The notes: a model not told the origin generated them from the letters alone. A stretch of DNA of 64,000 nucleotides from Laetmonice hystrix (GCA_965235115.1 OZ249437.1:32922001-32986000), one strand, 5' to 3'. Shown: positions 27,196-41,596, counted from the first letter of the stretch. A program made the numbers and translations.

Positions 27196-29620
27196 AATAG
27201 TGTCAAGTATGTCATTCACTCGGCTAGAGGAAGTACACCGTACCTTAGTTCTGAATACTGAAAATACGAGATGTTCCTTTCCAATTTCCAAAGACTTTAC
27301 GAGTGTCATATCACCCGTAACCATGGCAATTCTACAGATACCTACGGACTTCCTGACTGATAAAGGATGTAGCTTACCTTCATTGGACCCTCTTCAAAAT
27401 GGAAATTAGGATCATTCCAACACGTACCCATCCACCTCACTGTACTGCCGTATGCCATACACGAGGAGTTCTCTTTCTCGTATTTACAAGTTGTTACGTC
27501 GAAAAGACATGCACTGAATGTACTTATTGTCTAGACCAGCAGACGATATTTCGCTGTCCATAATTACCAATGTCATTTCCTACAATCCTGCTTCTTTCTT
27601 GTGTGTACAGAGCTTCCAAATTACCACACTGGCCGTGAAGGTAATTTCGTTCAGTCACGCTATCTTGCCATGATAACCATGTTATATCCAGGGTTTTTTA
27701 AGACAACAATGCGGTCCTGAAGACTATGTCACGCGTACATGTATATCATCTTTCAATCCCTTGGGAATCGGACTCCATCTCGATATATATATGTAGATGT
27801 AAAGTTTCGAAGGGCGCCCATCGTTTTTTAACTACGAATTGTTTGGGTTTCATGTCAGATATCGTTTTTCGCAGTGTGCATGTGGTATTATATATAGAAG
27901 AATTCCTCGTGTCACTTGAACTCTTGTCAAGTCTCTCTTATACGACAGGATAATTATGTACAAATGGTTGTGCTGATACTAGAGTCTATAGTCCATGGTG
28001 GAACAGACATCGTTTTCCCTATAAATCCCCCTCCTCCTTCCACTTTTACAATTTGCAAGAATCCACGAACAATCTTTGTACATTGTAGTTCATGTAATTT
28101 CACAACTAGTTTAGCCAGTATTCTTGATTTTACTAATATTAAAGCAATTAAGAGGATTCAAGTGGTTCGGGCAGTGTTGAGCGTGGGCTTCCCGTACATA
28201 CTCGTCCAATACTCCTGAAGGTTTTGAGAGGTAGTGAGTGGTTCGAGCGTATCAGCCACTCGACTCCCTCCCCATCACCATGCACCCCACAACCGGCCGA
28301 GAACAGCCCGGTTCGAATAGGGTCCGCATCTCGAGGACCGGGTGGGCGGTCAACCGTGTTTTGGTAAGGGTCATTCAGACAGTCCCGCTCAGAAAGGCCC
28401 TGATCAGTATACAAGGAAGGGAAAGATTTGCTCACACAGAACCAAATAGCTTTTACATTATTTAGAAATTCGTTCGTGCCAAACATCATTCCAGAGAATT
28501 GCTTTCCATATTCCACTAAGTGTTAAGATAAATCGACATGCAATAACTTGAGTGTAAACCCACCTATATATATCCTGCTATTATCCATCCACCTTGCTCC
28601 ATTCTGGAGCAGATGGAGTAATGGCCCTATAAGAAAACATTATGGTGCCCGGCGCATGAACATTTACCGTCCGCGGAGTTCTAATAAAAACGTACTGAGT
28701 GTCTGATTTACGTGATCGTGGATGGATATTATCGTAGGCCATATAAACTTATATAGTCAGATATATCATATTAATAGTTCATTTAGTCTTTTCATCGCTT
28801 TTGTTGTCAGTCTATGAGACATACAGTACATTCACAAACATCTAAGACGGAAAGGACACCTGGCATGCCATTGCCATTCACGGTATATTACCCTTGGCGC
28901 CCACCGCACCAGGAGTCACTATAAATAACTGCTAACGCCACACTCAAAAAATGGAACCGAGAATGCTATAATCCTGTTAATTGTCTGAATTATCGTGTAA
29001 TTTCTTAGTAAACATTTGATAAATCTTGAAGAGTAATATATGCAAACCGCTCCAAACGCCTTTCTAACTGAAGGAATTTGCACACTGCACATGCAGCTTC
29101 CTGTTTCATTGATAATTTTCTTCTTTTTTAAAGTTAAATATGTTTCTCTTTTAGTATTGCCTCGTGGGGACTGCATGCAATTAGTAGCGGTAAAAAGCTG
29201 ATTTCTGTAATATTGTAAAAAGGAGAGCGTTTTGCATCTTGCCCTATTCTCTTCATATAATACACAGACTATTTTCTTTCTTCTGTCCTTCCTCTCTTTT
29301 TTCCCTATTATAACGGCCAGCAATGTCTCTAGGATGCAGGTATGAAGGACAATTCTACATAATATTGATATGAGAATAAAACAAATTTCCCGCAAATACA
29401 GCTTCGAAAGTAATTCTGTTAATATCTGCGAAGAGAAATACTGTGATTTAACATTGATAGAGTGAAACGCAAACGTTCGGTTTTGATATCCAAGAAGCTA
29501 CATCAAAGATTTATCAAAGGATTGGGAAATAAAAAGCATAACATTTATTAATTATGAACACCTGATAGCATTTATAATGAAAACCGAACAGACATGATGT
29601 TGCGATAAAACCGCTTAGCA

Positions 29621-29786
29621 NNNNNNNNNNNNNNNNNNNNNNNNNNNNNNNNNNNNNNNNNNNNNNNNNNNNNNNNNNNNNNNNNNNNNNNNNNNNNNNN
29701 NNNNNNNNNNNNNNNNNNNNNNNNNNNNNNNNNNNNNNNNNNNNNNNNNNNNNNNNNNNNNNNNNNNNNNNNNNNNNNNNNNNNNN
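29621..29786. other. Assembly gap (166 N)
   Basis: Run of N in the sequence. Confidence 1.
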
Positions 29787-30716
29787 CTAATTTAAAAGAA
29801 AAACTCCACACAAACCTCTCGCACAAACATTCGATATATACATTGCCCTGATTGTTTGCAATACGCCTTACAGAAAATTTTTACTTGCTCTTCGTTAGAT
29901 CGTTGTATTTATATTAAAAAGTATATTTTCCCCATACAGAATACCTCTAGATGATATACGCTGGACAACACTTCATCAAGCGTGAATGTGTGTAGGCTGC
30001 CTTGATTTATCGTCATGGCTACATAAAAAAAATCCCCCGGAGTCAACGAACCTTCATTAACGCAGAACTCCCCCTCATTACAGAATATAAAGCCATATTA
30101 CCAAATTTAATGACATATCTCCGAGCTAAACAAGCTTACTTAGTCTTATCTATAGCAAACATAGATGTTGGCCCTTGTGGCCACTGACGTGCCTGAGGGC
30201 ATGTCCTCAGCGAGATGTCAAGTTATCAACAAACACAGACAGCTCTCTGTGAGGGAAGGACCCGCTCTCAAGTAGGTTCTTTGTTTTAATTGCTCACCTG
30301 GTTTACAAATCTACTTTAAGGGCCTGCAGGGGGGTTGCCCGTTGTTTAAATGTTACGCCATGATATCACGTTTGGTAAAGTGTATAGAATCTGGGTAGGC
30401 CTCCCTATACTTAGCGTTGTGGCAGTTTTCTGGGGCCAGGTTGATTGGAGCCTTGACGTTTGCCAAACCTTTCTTCATGCTCCATTCTGACTACGAGTCT
30501 AGAGATTCTGGGTGTAACTGACCTGAATACGTTGTTCTGATTAATACCTCTATCATACCCGTATCAATAGGTTTCTATATTTGGTTGAACGTCCAGTAAG
30601 ACCATAAAAGTCTCAGAAACATTCCATTCGAAATTCCGAATCGTTCGGTATCAAAATATAGGCCTCTATACAACATGGTCAGTTATGGAGAACTTCGCTT
30701 CAGAACACCGGCGAGA

Positions 30717-30736
30717 GAGATATAGAGGGAGAGAGG

Positions 30737-30783
<47 letters not shown>
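30717..30783. repeat. (GA)n microsatellite
   Basis: Seen directly, with a few interruptions. Confidence 0.95.
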
Positions 30784-30787
<4 letters not shown>

Positions 30788-32720
30788 CACAAAGCCAAAA
30801 GAATTCATTGCGAATGCCAGCAAAGACGTTCCTGCACACTCAAGCTGCCATTTTAAGTTAAGATTTCTGGCATTATCTAAGCGGCGTACGAGACGGCTTA
30901 CAAAGGTAAGCAGCAGTTTAAAAGACGACGCCGTCGGGGGATTCAGTTTACTCAGTTTGGATTAAGAATTCACCTGCCGACTTTAAAAGACGCTGCCATC
31001 AGAATCGGCACAAAATAGACCGTTGATCGTTCATTGGCTCCACCGACCCCCCCCCCCTCCTCCATCCTCTTCCCCAATTCAACATCCGCCATCTCCCTAT
31101 AAGTGCACCTCCCGTGGGCATGCGCACTGGAGCTTTTTTTGTGGCAGTTCAAGTAGTCCTGATTAGTGTCGCTGCCTGTGGACCTGACTTGTGCAGCCCT
31201 GATTGTGGCAGCATAAATAGTTCTAAATGATCCCCCACTACTGACTGCCGAGGGGAGGCGTCCCAAGAGCGCAGAGCTAATGCTAAGAAGTCTATACTGG
31301 GCACGCCCAGACGGCGCAGGTGGAAAATGTGTGGATTCATTTCACTCTTATTCATCCTCTCTTAATGTGTTAGAACGGCCCCAACTGCGTGTCTGAATCT
31401 CTGAAAACTGCCTTTCTACACTCTGGTCTATACCCACAAAGCAAGCTTCTTTTCCACTTGGTTCAAGTCAGAATGTTCTGTCTTTTTTTCTTACATTTAT
31501 AATCAAAGAGAGACATTGTCTAAACTTAAATGGTAGGCGACTAAGTGCAAATAATATTCGTTAAAGGCAAGGATGGAGCGAGTAGATCGAGTGTCACAAG
31601 CAACAACCCGTTCCTAACCCCGTAACCGCATTCACAGGTGGGGACAGTTATTGATTAATTTACTGGTACATTGTGTATGCTATATATATATCAACAGCGA
31701 CAAAGGATCTTGGCCTCTTTTAGGCATACAACAACCCATTGATTCTGTTCGTTCAATTGAGCGATAACCAAACAAGTCGACGTCCGTCGTCATTCTCTTG
31801 GGAGATCATACGGTGGCACTCATAACCTTGGGCCCCGAGGGACCACTGCATTCTGTCGCTGAACTTCTTGTGGCCCAAGTACGGTACCGGTTCATGGAGA
31901 ATCCGACTATGCATCAGTGGATCCCACTAATAATAATCCCTTACTGGCATCCTGACCAGCCTGGGAGAGGTTTTGTTGATACACTGTACATGTGTCAATG
32001 ACGTATGATCTTAAGAAAGTCCATCAAGACACGCCATCAAGATAAGAGGATTGATGCAAGTGAAGCCCACCTACCACAACCGCTAGTATAAGACATCGTA
32101 TTTGTTCAAAGTGGATGGATTCCATTTCTTTAAAAGAAAGCATCTTGTATACCAGTTTGCCTCACCATGTAATAAACGCGTCATAAAAACGTCGTCTTTA
32201 TATAAAACAGACCGACTTAGTTCAAAACACTGTCTGGCTCTGCCGATAGCCAATAAAAGAGGCTGATGACTTGTAATGCCACCAATCACTCATCAAAGAA
32301 AGGATCCACGTACACGGGAGGGATTGGTGACTTTGACATGATCCGTTTTACCGCAGACAAACCTAATCAGATACATCAATACTGGGTATACGCTTTTCAT
32401 CATTATATAGGAATGGATTTTTTTAGTTGGTCTGACTCGTCACAAACGTACTATACCCACAACATGACGTATAGTTCAACCTGAGGCCACTCCGGGCCTG
32501 TTGCCAAACATCATGCACTGACGGCCTTTTCCATAATAATATTCTTTTTTTAAATTTCGAAAAATCTTTATAACAAGATCGGAGTCCACGTATACCGATC
32601 AATTACTGGCTTTAAGACAGAGACGTTAAAAAATTGGTGAAGTCGGACTGGCGAACTTGTTGCCCGGAGCGAACATGTGTTTCCGTAGTTACGACACTCA
32701 CTACAACAACTGGTCGATGC

Positions 32721-32775
32721 CCCTGCTGCAACTGCTGCTGCTGCTGCTGCGCCTGCTGCTGCTGCTGCTGCTGCT
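32721..32775. repeat. Interrupted (GCT/CTG)n trinucleotide repeat
   Basis: Seen directly. It reads as poly-Ala, poly-Leu or poly-Cys depending on frame. Confidence 0.9.
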
Positions 32776-33754
32776 CCACAGCCATATTTCAAGGCTTATC
32801 TACAAAAGGATTCCAACAAGATTGGCGCCGTTGGATATCGGATCAACGAGTCCCAGGAACACGAAAATTGCCATTGGAATCCTATATCAGCCGCCAGACT
32901 GGAACCTATGAAGTGTTTGAAAATGATATATTCCGATCAGGTTAACGATAGAGCCGTATGTTGCCTCCAATTACGGGCGCTGCTCTGCATTTCCTCCCCT
33001 CTTATCGCCCCAAGAACTTCTTAATGCACGATGAAAAGACAAGATTTCAACAGCACTCAGGAATACCGGATTTGAAGTGTTGTGTCTGGTAGCCGCCAGG
33101 GACATAATCCAGGGCTGACCCATTTTCTCACGGACATGCGCAAATTGAATGGCGTTCCTCTTCCTGTGTTGAGACCCAGAATGTGGGAAGTGATAATGGT
33201 CGAGTAAGCAACATTACGCTTCTAATCCCTATTGTTCTTATTCACTGTAACATAGTACACTATGGGAGGATCTGATATTCGTCCCTCTGTCTAATGATGG
33301 GAAATCTTTGAAGTACTTGAGTCGTTTATGAATACACTATACTGTACAGCTATCAATATGAGCAACATTGCATGTGGTATGCGATTTTTTACATGTTATC
33401 CTCAGCGGGCCGTACGTAATTCATGCTAGATTATACGAGTATTTATGTACGACATCCTGTCAATGCATACTCATTGTGCAGATTTATGAAAATAACGACG
33501 CAGCAGATAACTGTATGGTTACAACTTATTTATGAGCCTAAATACGAGGCAAGAAATGATAAGGCCAACCAACCTCCCTCACTTACCCAAGTAAATGAAT
33601 TAATAATATCCTTAATAATTGTTAGAATAAGGCCATCACAGACTGGAGCTGTTGAAGGTAGATTATGTGCGCTCATGATCCTTGTTGAGGTATTAAGATA
33701 ATAGCATATCAAAATATTATTGGTATTATTGTATTAATGGGGTGTGAAGAATAT

Positions 33755-33786
<32 letters not shown>
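33755..33786. repeat. (ATCA)8 microsatellite
   Basis: Seen directly. Confidence 0.95.
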
Positions 33787-33787
<1 letters not shown>

Positions 33788-35473
33788 GTCGACTAATGTT
33801 TTGGTCTGCTAGTGGCTCAGCCCAAGCTTCAGGAAAATAGAATGTCACCTTCAAGCTTCAATGTTCAAAATACAAGTGAGGTGAGGTTTCTTTCCGATCT
33901 GGGTCCTCTGTCAAGTTGTGTTATTCCCTTGATGGCTACGATTCAAACTTTTATTTCGGAGGGACCCTTTATATGCGTTTCTTCGTGTATTTACCTCAGG
34001 GCGGGAATTTCATTCTTCTCGTCTGCTTGTCTCATTATTGGACAGCGGTGGACAAAGTCAAGTTTGATTGACTTCCTTCACCTGACCACGGCCAAGGTAA
34101 TTCACCTGGACCAATGGATGACAACAAAATGAGATTTTCATATAGAGCGGAGTTTCGTCAACAAAAGGTTTGACTATCTAAAGCTAAATCAGTGCGTAGA
34201 GACTGCTTGAGGCGGATTGAATTCTCTTGGGCGTGACATTGATTTGAATGTATAGGGCTGAGAGTAAACCTTCTGTCAGGTAGGGATCTAGACTAGTTCA
34301 CCGATACCTGTATGGATGTCTCCTTTATTGGCTATCAGGCCTGGAATCTACTGGCAGCTCCGAGCACGGTAAATTTGTAAGATGGCTATCTTTAAAAGCC
34401 AATGGTCTAGTCAGTCGCTCCTGAGCCAGCGCGGGAGGGTGTTGGAGGCCTGAACCGCTTGAAAACTCGCTGTGGTCGGTCAATGGCAATCGTGGATGTG
34501 TATTAGGAAAACTTCGGACAAGATTGCTAGCTGAATTAGGGCCTCCTCGGGCCATGATGTAGAGCATGTTGAGAATAGGGGCTGCTACGATTGGCTGTAG
34601 CCATAACGGCCGCCAGACGTGCTGTTTATTGGCTGTCCAGACGTTAGGGGAATATTCCCCTAATCCCGTCCTCGGCTCTATAATCAGGGTCGTATAATAG
34701 TAAACACGGCATATCGCGCATTGCTGTGAGTGGCTGTCAACGAGTGGATCTCTCAGTATTGACAAGGCTTCTAACTCCCTTCGGATTGTGTCTGTCCTCG
34801 GGCGTCGACAAGTTGATGGAGAAGGAAGGCGGCATGGGTTTGTGCAGTTGGCAACCCCCCCCCCCCCCCCCCCACACACACACCTCCACCTCCCCATGGT
34901 TGATGAATAACCCTGGGTGTGATTCAAATTCAAAGGCACGGCCCTTGGAAAGGATGGAATAGTCGACCCGGTCCGACAGCCATTGCGGCACCCGTTCGCT
35001 TGATTTACACGTTTGTCCATTGGTTCCCATTGGTGGAACTCCCGTGAGGTCGTTCGCTCGTGGGGAAGCAAGTAACAGACATGAGCCTAATGAGAATAAA
35101 CGAGCACATATTCCACTGAAGGAGTCGCAGAATATACGACCTGGAAATACTCAACGATACGTTATGACCCCAAATTTCCCTTGGAACGTGCCTTACACAT
35201 TTACTTTCTTGTTTAAGACCTACAAGCTCCCATCTGGTGACAGAAAATTGGCACTGAATTTGCGTCACGAAGTCGATCACCAAACACGCGCCGCATATTA
35301 AAGAGACAAATTGTGCAAATCCGTTAAGAACGATTGTTTTACTGCATTTTTAATATGGTCCTGATTAGAAACTGGTTACCAAATAAAAGGACAGTCGGGG
35401 CAATTAACTTGAGCTGTCAACATTGAATAAACAAAAATAAATAGGGCGTTCTTTTCAGCGCCTTTCGATGCCC

Positions 35474-35640
35474 AGCGGCCATTACCTCTTGCTGCACATG
35501 TCAACAAGCGGCCATGGCATCTTGCTGCACATGTCAACAAGCGACCATGACATCTTACTGCACATGTCAACAAGCGACCATGACCTCTTGCTGCACATGT
35601 CAACAAGCGACCATGACATCCTACTGCACATGTCAACAAA
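35474..35640. repeat. 33-bp minisatellite, ~5 copies
   Basis: Unit CTGCACATGTCAACAAGCGACCATGACATCTT(G/A). The 11-codon period explains the repetitive ORFs here. Confidence 0.93.
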
Positions 35641-36120
35641 CCACCAAGGCACATTTTGGAAGCACATGTCCTCTGCCCTCTGCCAGGTCGTTAATAAATA
35701 AAAATGTTGACAGGAACAAATATTGTCATCCTTTCTTTCCATTAAAAAAAGGTTTCCCATCTCCTTTGTGAAAAAAATAGATAAGGACAGGCCAAAGAAA
35801 ACTACAGCTCCCCCCCCCTTAGATATTTATATAGTAGCTTCCTAAGACCCTTTTGCTCCCTCAACAGATGACCTACTGACATGGTGTATGATTTCCCAGG
35901 CCCTTTCCATAAGTATTATCGTAAGTGTTATGTTAAGCAACGCAAACCTGAGAGACATATTTTAGTGGAATATTGTAGAGGATATAAGTAGATAATAAAT
36001 AGGCCTAAAGAGATTTATGATTGTTCTCGGAGTCAACTCCATCAAACGATTTTCCTCAGCCTGGCCATGCGGATGCCACGCCATTCCGCATAGGTACATA
36101 TTTCCGCCCGCGTGACAAGA

Positions 36121-36221
36121 ACACACTGGCGCGGATGTACATGCGGAAGTGCACTTTCCGCGCGCGGATACATTTTTTCCGCCCGCTCCAAAACTTTCGC
36201 GTCAGTGTGTCCCCTGCTTAA
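36121..36221. mobile_element. Small inverted-repeat (Harbinger-like MITE) remnant
   Basis: ACACACTGGCGCGGA (36121-36135) pairs with TTCGCGTCAGTGTGT (36196-36210) at 13/15. The right end continues CCCCTGCTTAA, and GCGGA/TCCGC motifs repeat internally. It shares the ACACACTG core with the TIR at 50370. Confidence 0.4.
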
Positions 36222-38695
36222 TGATTGATAGAAGCAGAATGATATGCCACACTGCCATCATGAGTCGCCACCATGCATCATGTAAAAATCCTGTATAAGG
36301 CCTACTCTACTCAGGAGCGGACCTATAGGTGGTTTCGGAAAAACATTCCTTTACTCCAGTATAGATAGACCTATAAACGTTGACATTCTAACTCTGGCTA
36401 CATGGACAATGGACTGGGGGGGGGATCCCCCCCCCGCCTGGCGCAAATCGATCTACGATGGCGGTATAGACTGCCCATAACTCACAGGGCGACCTACAAA
36501 CCTCCATGTCCACTACTGTTGTGGGGTAAGGATTAACGGCTAATCCACGGTGTCAGTACAACCAGAGATCATCCCCCTTCCCCTCCGGTAACCCAACCTT
36601 TAACCGCCACTAGCTGAAATGGCAGCTAGTGCCTGCGGGGTCACGTGACTCGATCAGACACCCTTCTCTCTACCGGCATGCATGTTTTGATCGCCTTGAC
36701 TCGTGTCATACTCCCAAACTGTACCGACCGGCTTGTATTAAAAGGGGAATAAACCCGCACTGCTCGCTATCAATCTCCGAACGCCTGGGAGCAGTCTGGG
36801 GTCTATAGGTCACTCTGTACACCGTCCGAACATGGCACCGAGATGAGGGACCGCCACTGTATCCATGTGGTATAATCTAATATACATTACAATATATATT
36901 ATACATTATGAGCGAAATGATCCCATGCGACTACTGCCGCGTCCGTGCCTCTCCGATCACAACCTATACCGGTCAACACGTACAGGCGAGGCGGGGAGGC
37001 ATAAATTATGAAGTCAATATGCAGAGATGCTCATCTGACACTTCAATCGTGCATCTGATATTCTACACTGGGGCCTAGATAGAGGATACACTGCAGTGTG
37101 TATGACAACACGACCGTATTTGGTTAAACAATCCGTCGACAACAAACTCAGAGACTGGCAAGAAGCTCAATTAATTTAGAGTCTAGATTTCTGGAGCTTT
37201 AAGACTACTGCAGTGAAATAGACGTTTACTCCTGATCTACTCATGAATGAGTAAACATCGAAGTTCTGGTTCGTCAGTAGAACAGTCATGAACAGATAAA
37301 TTGTATAAAGGTTGATATCATGATAAATGCCGTGTCTTTTAACATTATTCATGTCATAGGAGAGAAGACTATCATTAAAACGTCGTATATTGATGACCGA
37401 CCGTCATTATTAAATATTTAGTTCTTCTGACAGTCTTTGAGAAACGGAGTTGAAGATTAAACCGACGGAAAATATGTGTAAACCTTGAGTTGACTTTTCA
37501 AAGTGACACTAGATAAAAACTAACTTATTTAGGCAGACCTGAGCTATACGGAAGGTTTCCTTAAAAACCTTCGGGGCATTTATCTCTTTGAAAGTCACGC
37601 TGATGGATGGGTCTAGCACGATGTACCACTACAATTCCTGGCTTCAAGCCAAAAGAGCTAAAGAAATAATTTAGATACAACTAAGCCTGTCCCTGCAGTG
37701 TGACCAAATCCGCTTATAAGTGTACGCGCGCAGTAACAATGCCAACGTAACCCACTGCTTGATGTCAAAACATGACACAAACTTGAGATAAAATCAATCA
37801 AGCAACAATACATGATAACCTGGAGGGGGGTTGGACACGGTGATTTATTACGTAATATATCTGGGCTGGATCAGGGAAAGGTGCAAGCCAGCGCCTCGGG
37901 CCTGCGTGTTTCGTAGACAGAACTGTCATGGACGTCGGTTATATATTGTCCGGAGGCTACGAGTTGGGGATGAAGGAAACACGTTCAATGGGGCAGGACC
38001 TGCTAGCCTTGGAATGGGTAAAGAAACACCAACACCACGCTGGCCTCCCTGATTCAATAGAGCTGGCATGGTGCTGTGGGCAACGGTCCAGACATCAGTC
38101 CAATACATTATTGAGAATTTTAGGCAGGCGGACTAGTAAATCCCCTTTAAAAAATACGTCCAGACGCTTCATACCACCGATAATGTCAGCCCCTGGGGCT
38201 TGATTCCCTCCATGCAGGGTGGCTGATCCTATGAGCCGTCACTGTTCTAACTACAGTACACACGCATCCCGTTCATTAACGGATGCTCATTTTGCTCGGC
38301 TGTCTGGAGTCAAGCCAGCTGACTATTCGCTCTGTCTGTAGGCATCCATATTAGTGGCTGCCATCATTTTCTGCCCTTGTTCTGCTCCCTGCTCCGATTT
38401 CTCCAGTAACAAAAGCTCCTGTGGAACATGACACAAAGCCCACCATTGCCATTCAATACGCCACACCTTGTATAGTGCATTGTTGCATTTAAGTCCTCAA
38501 TAATCTCACCAAACCGCGACTGTGGGGAAAAAGGGGTCATAATGTTGATATAGATTTCTATCTCCAAACCGAATCCAACCCTTTCCATGCGAGGGAAACA
38601 GCCCATTCATACGTTACGTCCTTTCATGTAGATTCAGAACGTATCAGACGGCCATCGCTTGTGCATGGAAATGTGTTAAAGTAACGTCACAACCA

Positions 38696-38769
38696 GGAAT
38701 ACGTAACACCACGAAACGTTACGTCACGTTAGGAAAAATGTCGTAACGTTTCGTGGCGTTTCGTGTTCC
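38696..38769. repeat. 74-bp inverted repeat (28-bp arms, 18-nt loop)
   Basis: GGAATACGTAACACCACGAAACGTTACG pairs with CGTAACGTTTCGTGGCGTTTCGTGTTCC with 3 mismatches; the inner 15 bp are perfect. Confidence 0.85.
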
Positions 38770-41596
38770 AGAGCGTAGCACTGGTTTGGACTCGTTTTAC
38801 TAATTACGGATTCTGTTCCTGTGTATCATTTCATTTGCATCGGATAACATTTTTAGCACGTCGGAGGGACTAGCTCCAAACCACGCACGCGCACAGAGCT
38901 TACGCTAACTACTTTCCAGCGAAGCAAGTTTGAAGTATGGCACGATATACAGGAAGGTTTTTGCTACATACGCCCGGCCAACAGTACATATATCACTTAT
39001 TTTATAGGCAGTGCTTTGTCCCAAACGATCGTCATTGGTCTCACGTGGCTACTCCCACACAGGTAACAAATCTTCCGACCATGATTACACACTCGGTCCC
39101 CACCAGTCGAAGCAATCCTGCTACATAATGAATATCTACGACCTGAAGTTACTTTACATTAGTTGTATCGAGCTCTGTCGTGGAGTAACATAAAACGAAA
39201 TAAAGGCAGGATAGACCAAATGAATCCACGTTAGGCTCTCAGTGTCATAGTGCAAGGATGGTAATCAGGAAAGCAACATTTCCCCCTTTTATTTTTAGTC
39301 CCCAACATCGACAATTATATATTGATCTGTGTAGTTCCACGGGGATACCATATGTCACAAAACCTGCGCCAAAACTGCGATGACATTTACATCGTTGACT
39401 CTGGATGTAAGTTTTTCAGAACGAAATATGATCCCCACAATGATCCTGCAGAGGAAGCTCATACAGTTTCCCTAGACCTTCCCTTGTATATACTTAGGGC
39501 TAAATGAATCCCTCGCTGACATATAAATCTGGATCATCTGTTTTAATGGCAAGCCAATCATCCTATATTTGATTGTCAGGCAGGTCGGGTGGGCTGTTAG
39601 TCTTGGGCTGATCGACAAGCGGACATACCACTCTGTATTAGTGGCAGCTATAGCGACATTAGACTTTCTAACTCTGCCCGCGGTGTTCGCCGCAAGCAAA
39701 CTCCCAACTCCCTAAACTCCACTGGGCAGTCTCTGGTCGCCTTGGGTTCTTCTTACTAGTTACCAGCTTAGGTTATTGTCTTCCACAGGGAGCTGGCACA
39801 TACACATGCTACCCGCGTGCCGGGGTGGACCACGCTGAGTCCCTTACAACATACACAAACAGCGATTTACGTTAACCAGGATGGGCCGCTTACAACACAA
39901 ACGCACAAACGCCATTGGCGTCCACTCTCACTCACCCGGCGGCTGGAGGGGAAGGTGGTGCTGGTGGGGGGGGGGGGGGGGGGGCAGAATCCGATTAGAC
40001 CTGTCGGCTTTCCCAGCAATTGTACTTTCCTTACCAACAGGGACGCTCGACTCTCAACCAATGTGATCGCAGTACAAAAGACCCGTGCATCTCCATGTGA
40101 AACACGTGCCTTTATCTACCCGTGGTCAATTTATTTAGGCACGGACGCGTTGCCAGCCTATACAATGATTTTGTGAGGCCCAGTGGTTCCAAATGTCACC
40201 TTGGGAAAACCATGGTGCTCCGAGGTGCTTCATGTTTCCAGGGCACCGTCGCCCTTCCTTCCTTGGTGCTTCCATGCATACTTTAAAGTGATAATTATGA
40301 CCGGACAAAAATTAGGGTACACCGAATCTGATTATGAATATTATATCTTAGACCCTAAGAATGTGATAAATTATTTTGGTGTGACAAACCTAAAATCTTT
40401 ACGTGTTGTTTGCTTTGCGAAATTAACCTTCCAAGAGTTCAGATTCTGAATGAGGTCCATCGCTTTACATGGAAATATCCGGATATGCGCAATGGAGATT
40501 AGTTATTGAGCATTATGGCAGGACACTTCTCGCGATAACGCGACACGAGATTGGCCAGGATTTTCTATCGCTGGTTTCTGATGGTCGGGTGTTACGTCAA
40601 TGATGATCTCTCGTCTCTAACAGGCTATCAGACAGATTATCCGTGTAGAATTATGCGAACATCACGCTGTTTTAACGCGCGCCGTTGGCGCCTAACGAGC
40701 TTGGCATGGCGCTTGCTGTGGCCATACAGGCGATGAAATGACGACCATGTGGATTGCCCGGATGTGGTTGTAAGTGATAACTTCAGTATCTTCTCCAGCG
40801 CGTCTCATCCGGGCCTCCAGGGGCCCGATAAACGACACCACCAGGAGACTTATTTTACATAGGGGCAGGCGTGAATTTGGTGCAGAGACTGACTAACAAG
40901 GGTCAATATTTCCTGCCTGTCGGCCACGTCACCTCAAAGAGCTCTAGCAACGCTCTGACAAATAACACCGAGCGCATTTGCATGCCATTATTCCGTTAAG
41001 TTTTGGAACGTATACGTGACGGCCGCAATTACAAAGGCTAAGGCGCTACCAACCACGTGACGGATGGAAGTCCGAGATTTGTGCGAGATTTCCCGTCGAT
41101 ATCACACCGGCCACAAACAACATCAGCAACATACAGTCGACTCCATGCATGCATTTGCATAGCAAAAACAGAGAGCTTGGAAGTGGCGGTTGCGACCTCT
41201 AGCGAGAATTCCATAGAAATCAACCCATTATCGCCTGACTAATATGAATCACTCAGGCTGCAGGCCCAGCTTTTCCGACTGGGGCCAATCTATCAGGAGC
41301 TGACCAAAGGCAACGAGTAAGGCCGACGATGGACTTTTCTACTACTGGTCTAGGAGTCGTGCTAGTCTCAAAGCCGGCAGTCACAGTGGGGATACTCGAC
41401 CGTAAACATGTCATTGGACCGGTTAGATCCATGATTCAGCCTTACGAGGATCGTAGACCGACTAAAACGTATTTGACGTAGTAAAGATTTCTGTCACTGA
41501 TACTATACGTGTTATATAAGGTGAGAACTGAGTGTATGATTGGTAGATTTACACCCTGTCAACACAGGACGCTACGACATTTCTTGCCACGTGTTT

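Noticed and set aside
29572-29826. 84-aa ORF in the track
   Set aside because: It spans the N gap and is an artefact.
34325-35071. 248-aa minus-strand ORF, the second longest in the window
   Set aside because: Non-ATG start, crosses a poly-C tract, has no recognisable domain, signal peptide or splice context; probably TE-derived GC-rich sequence.
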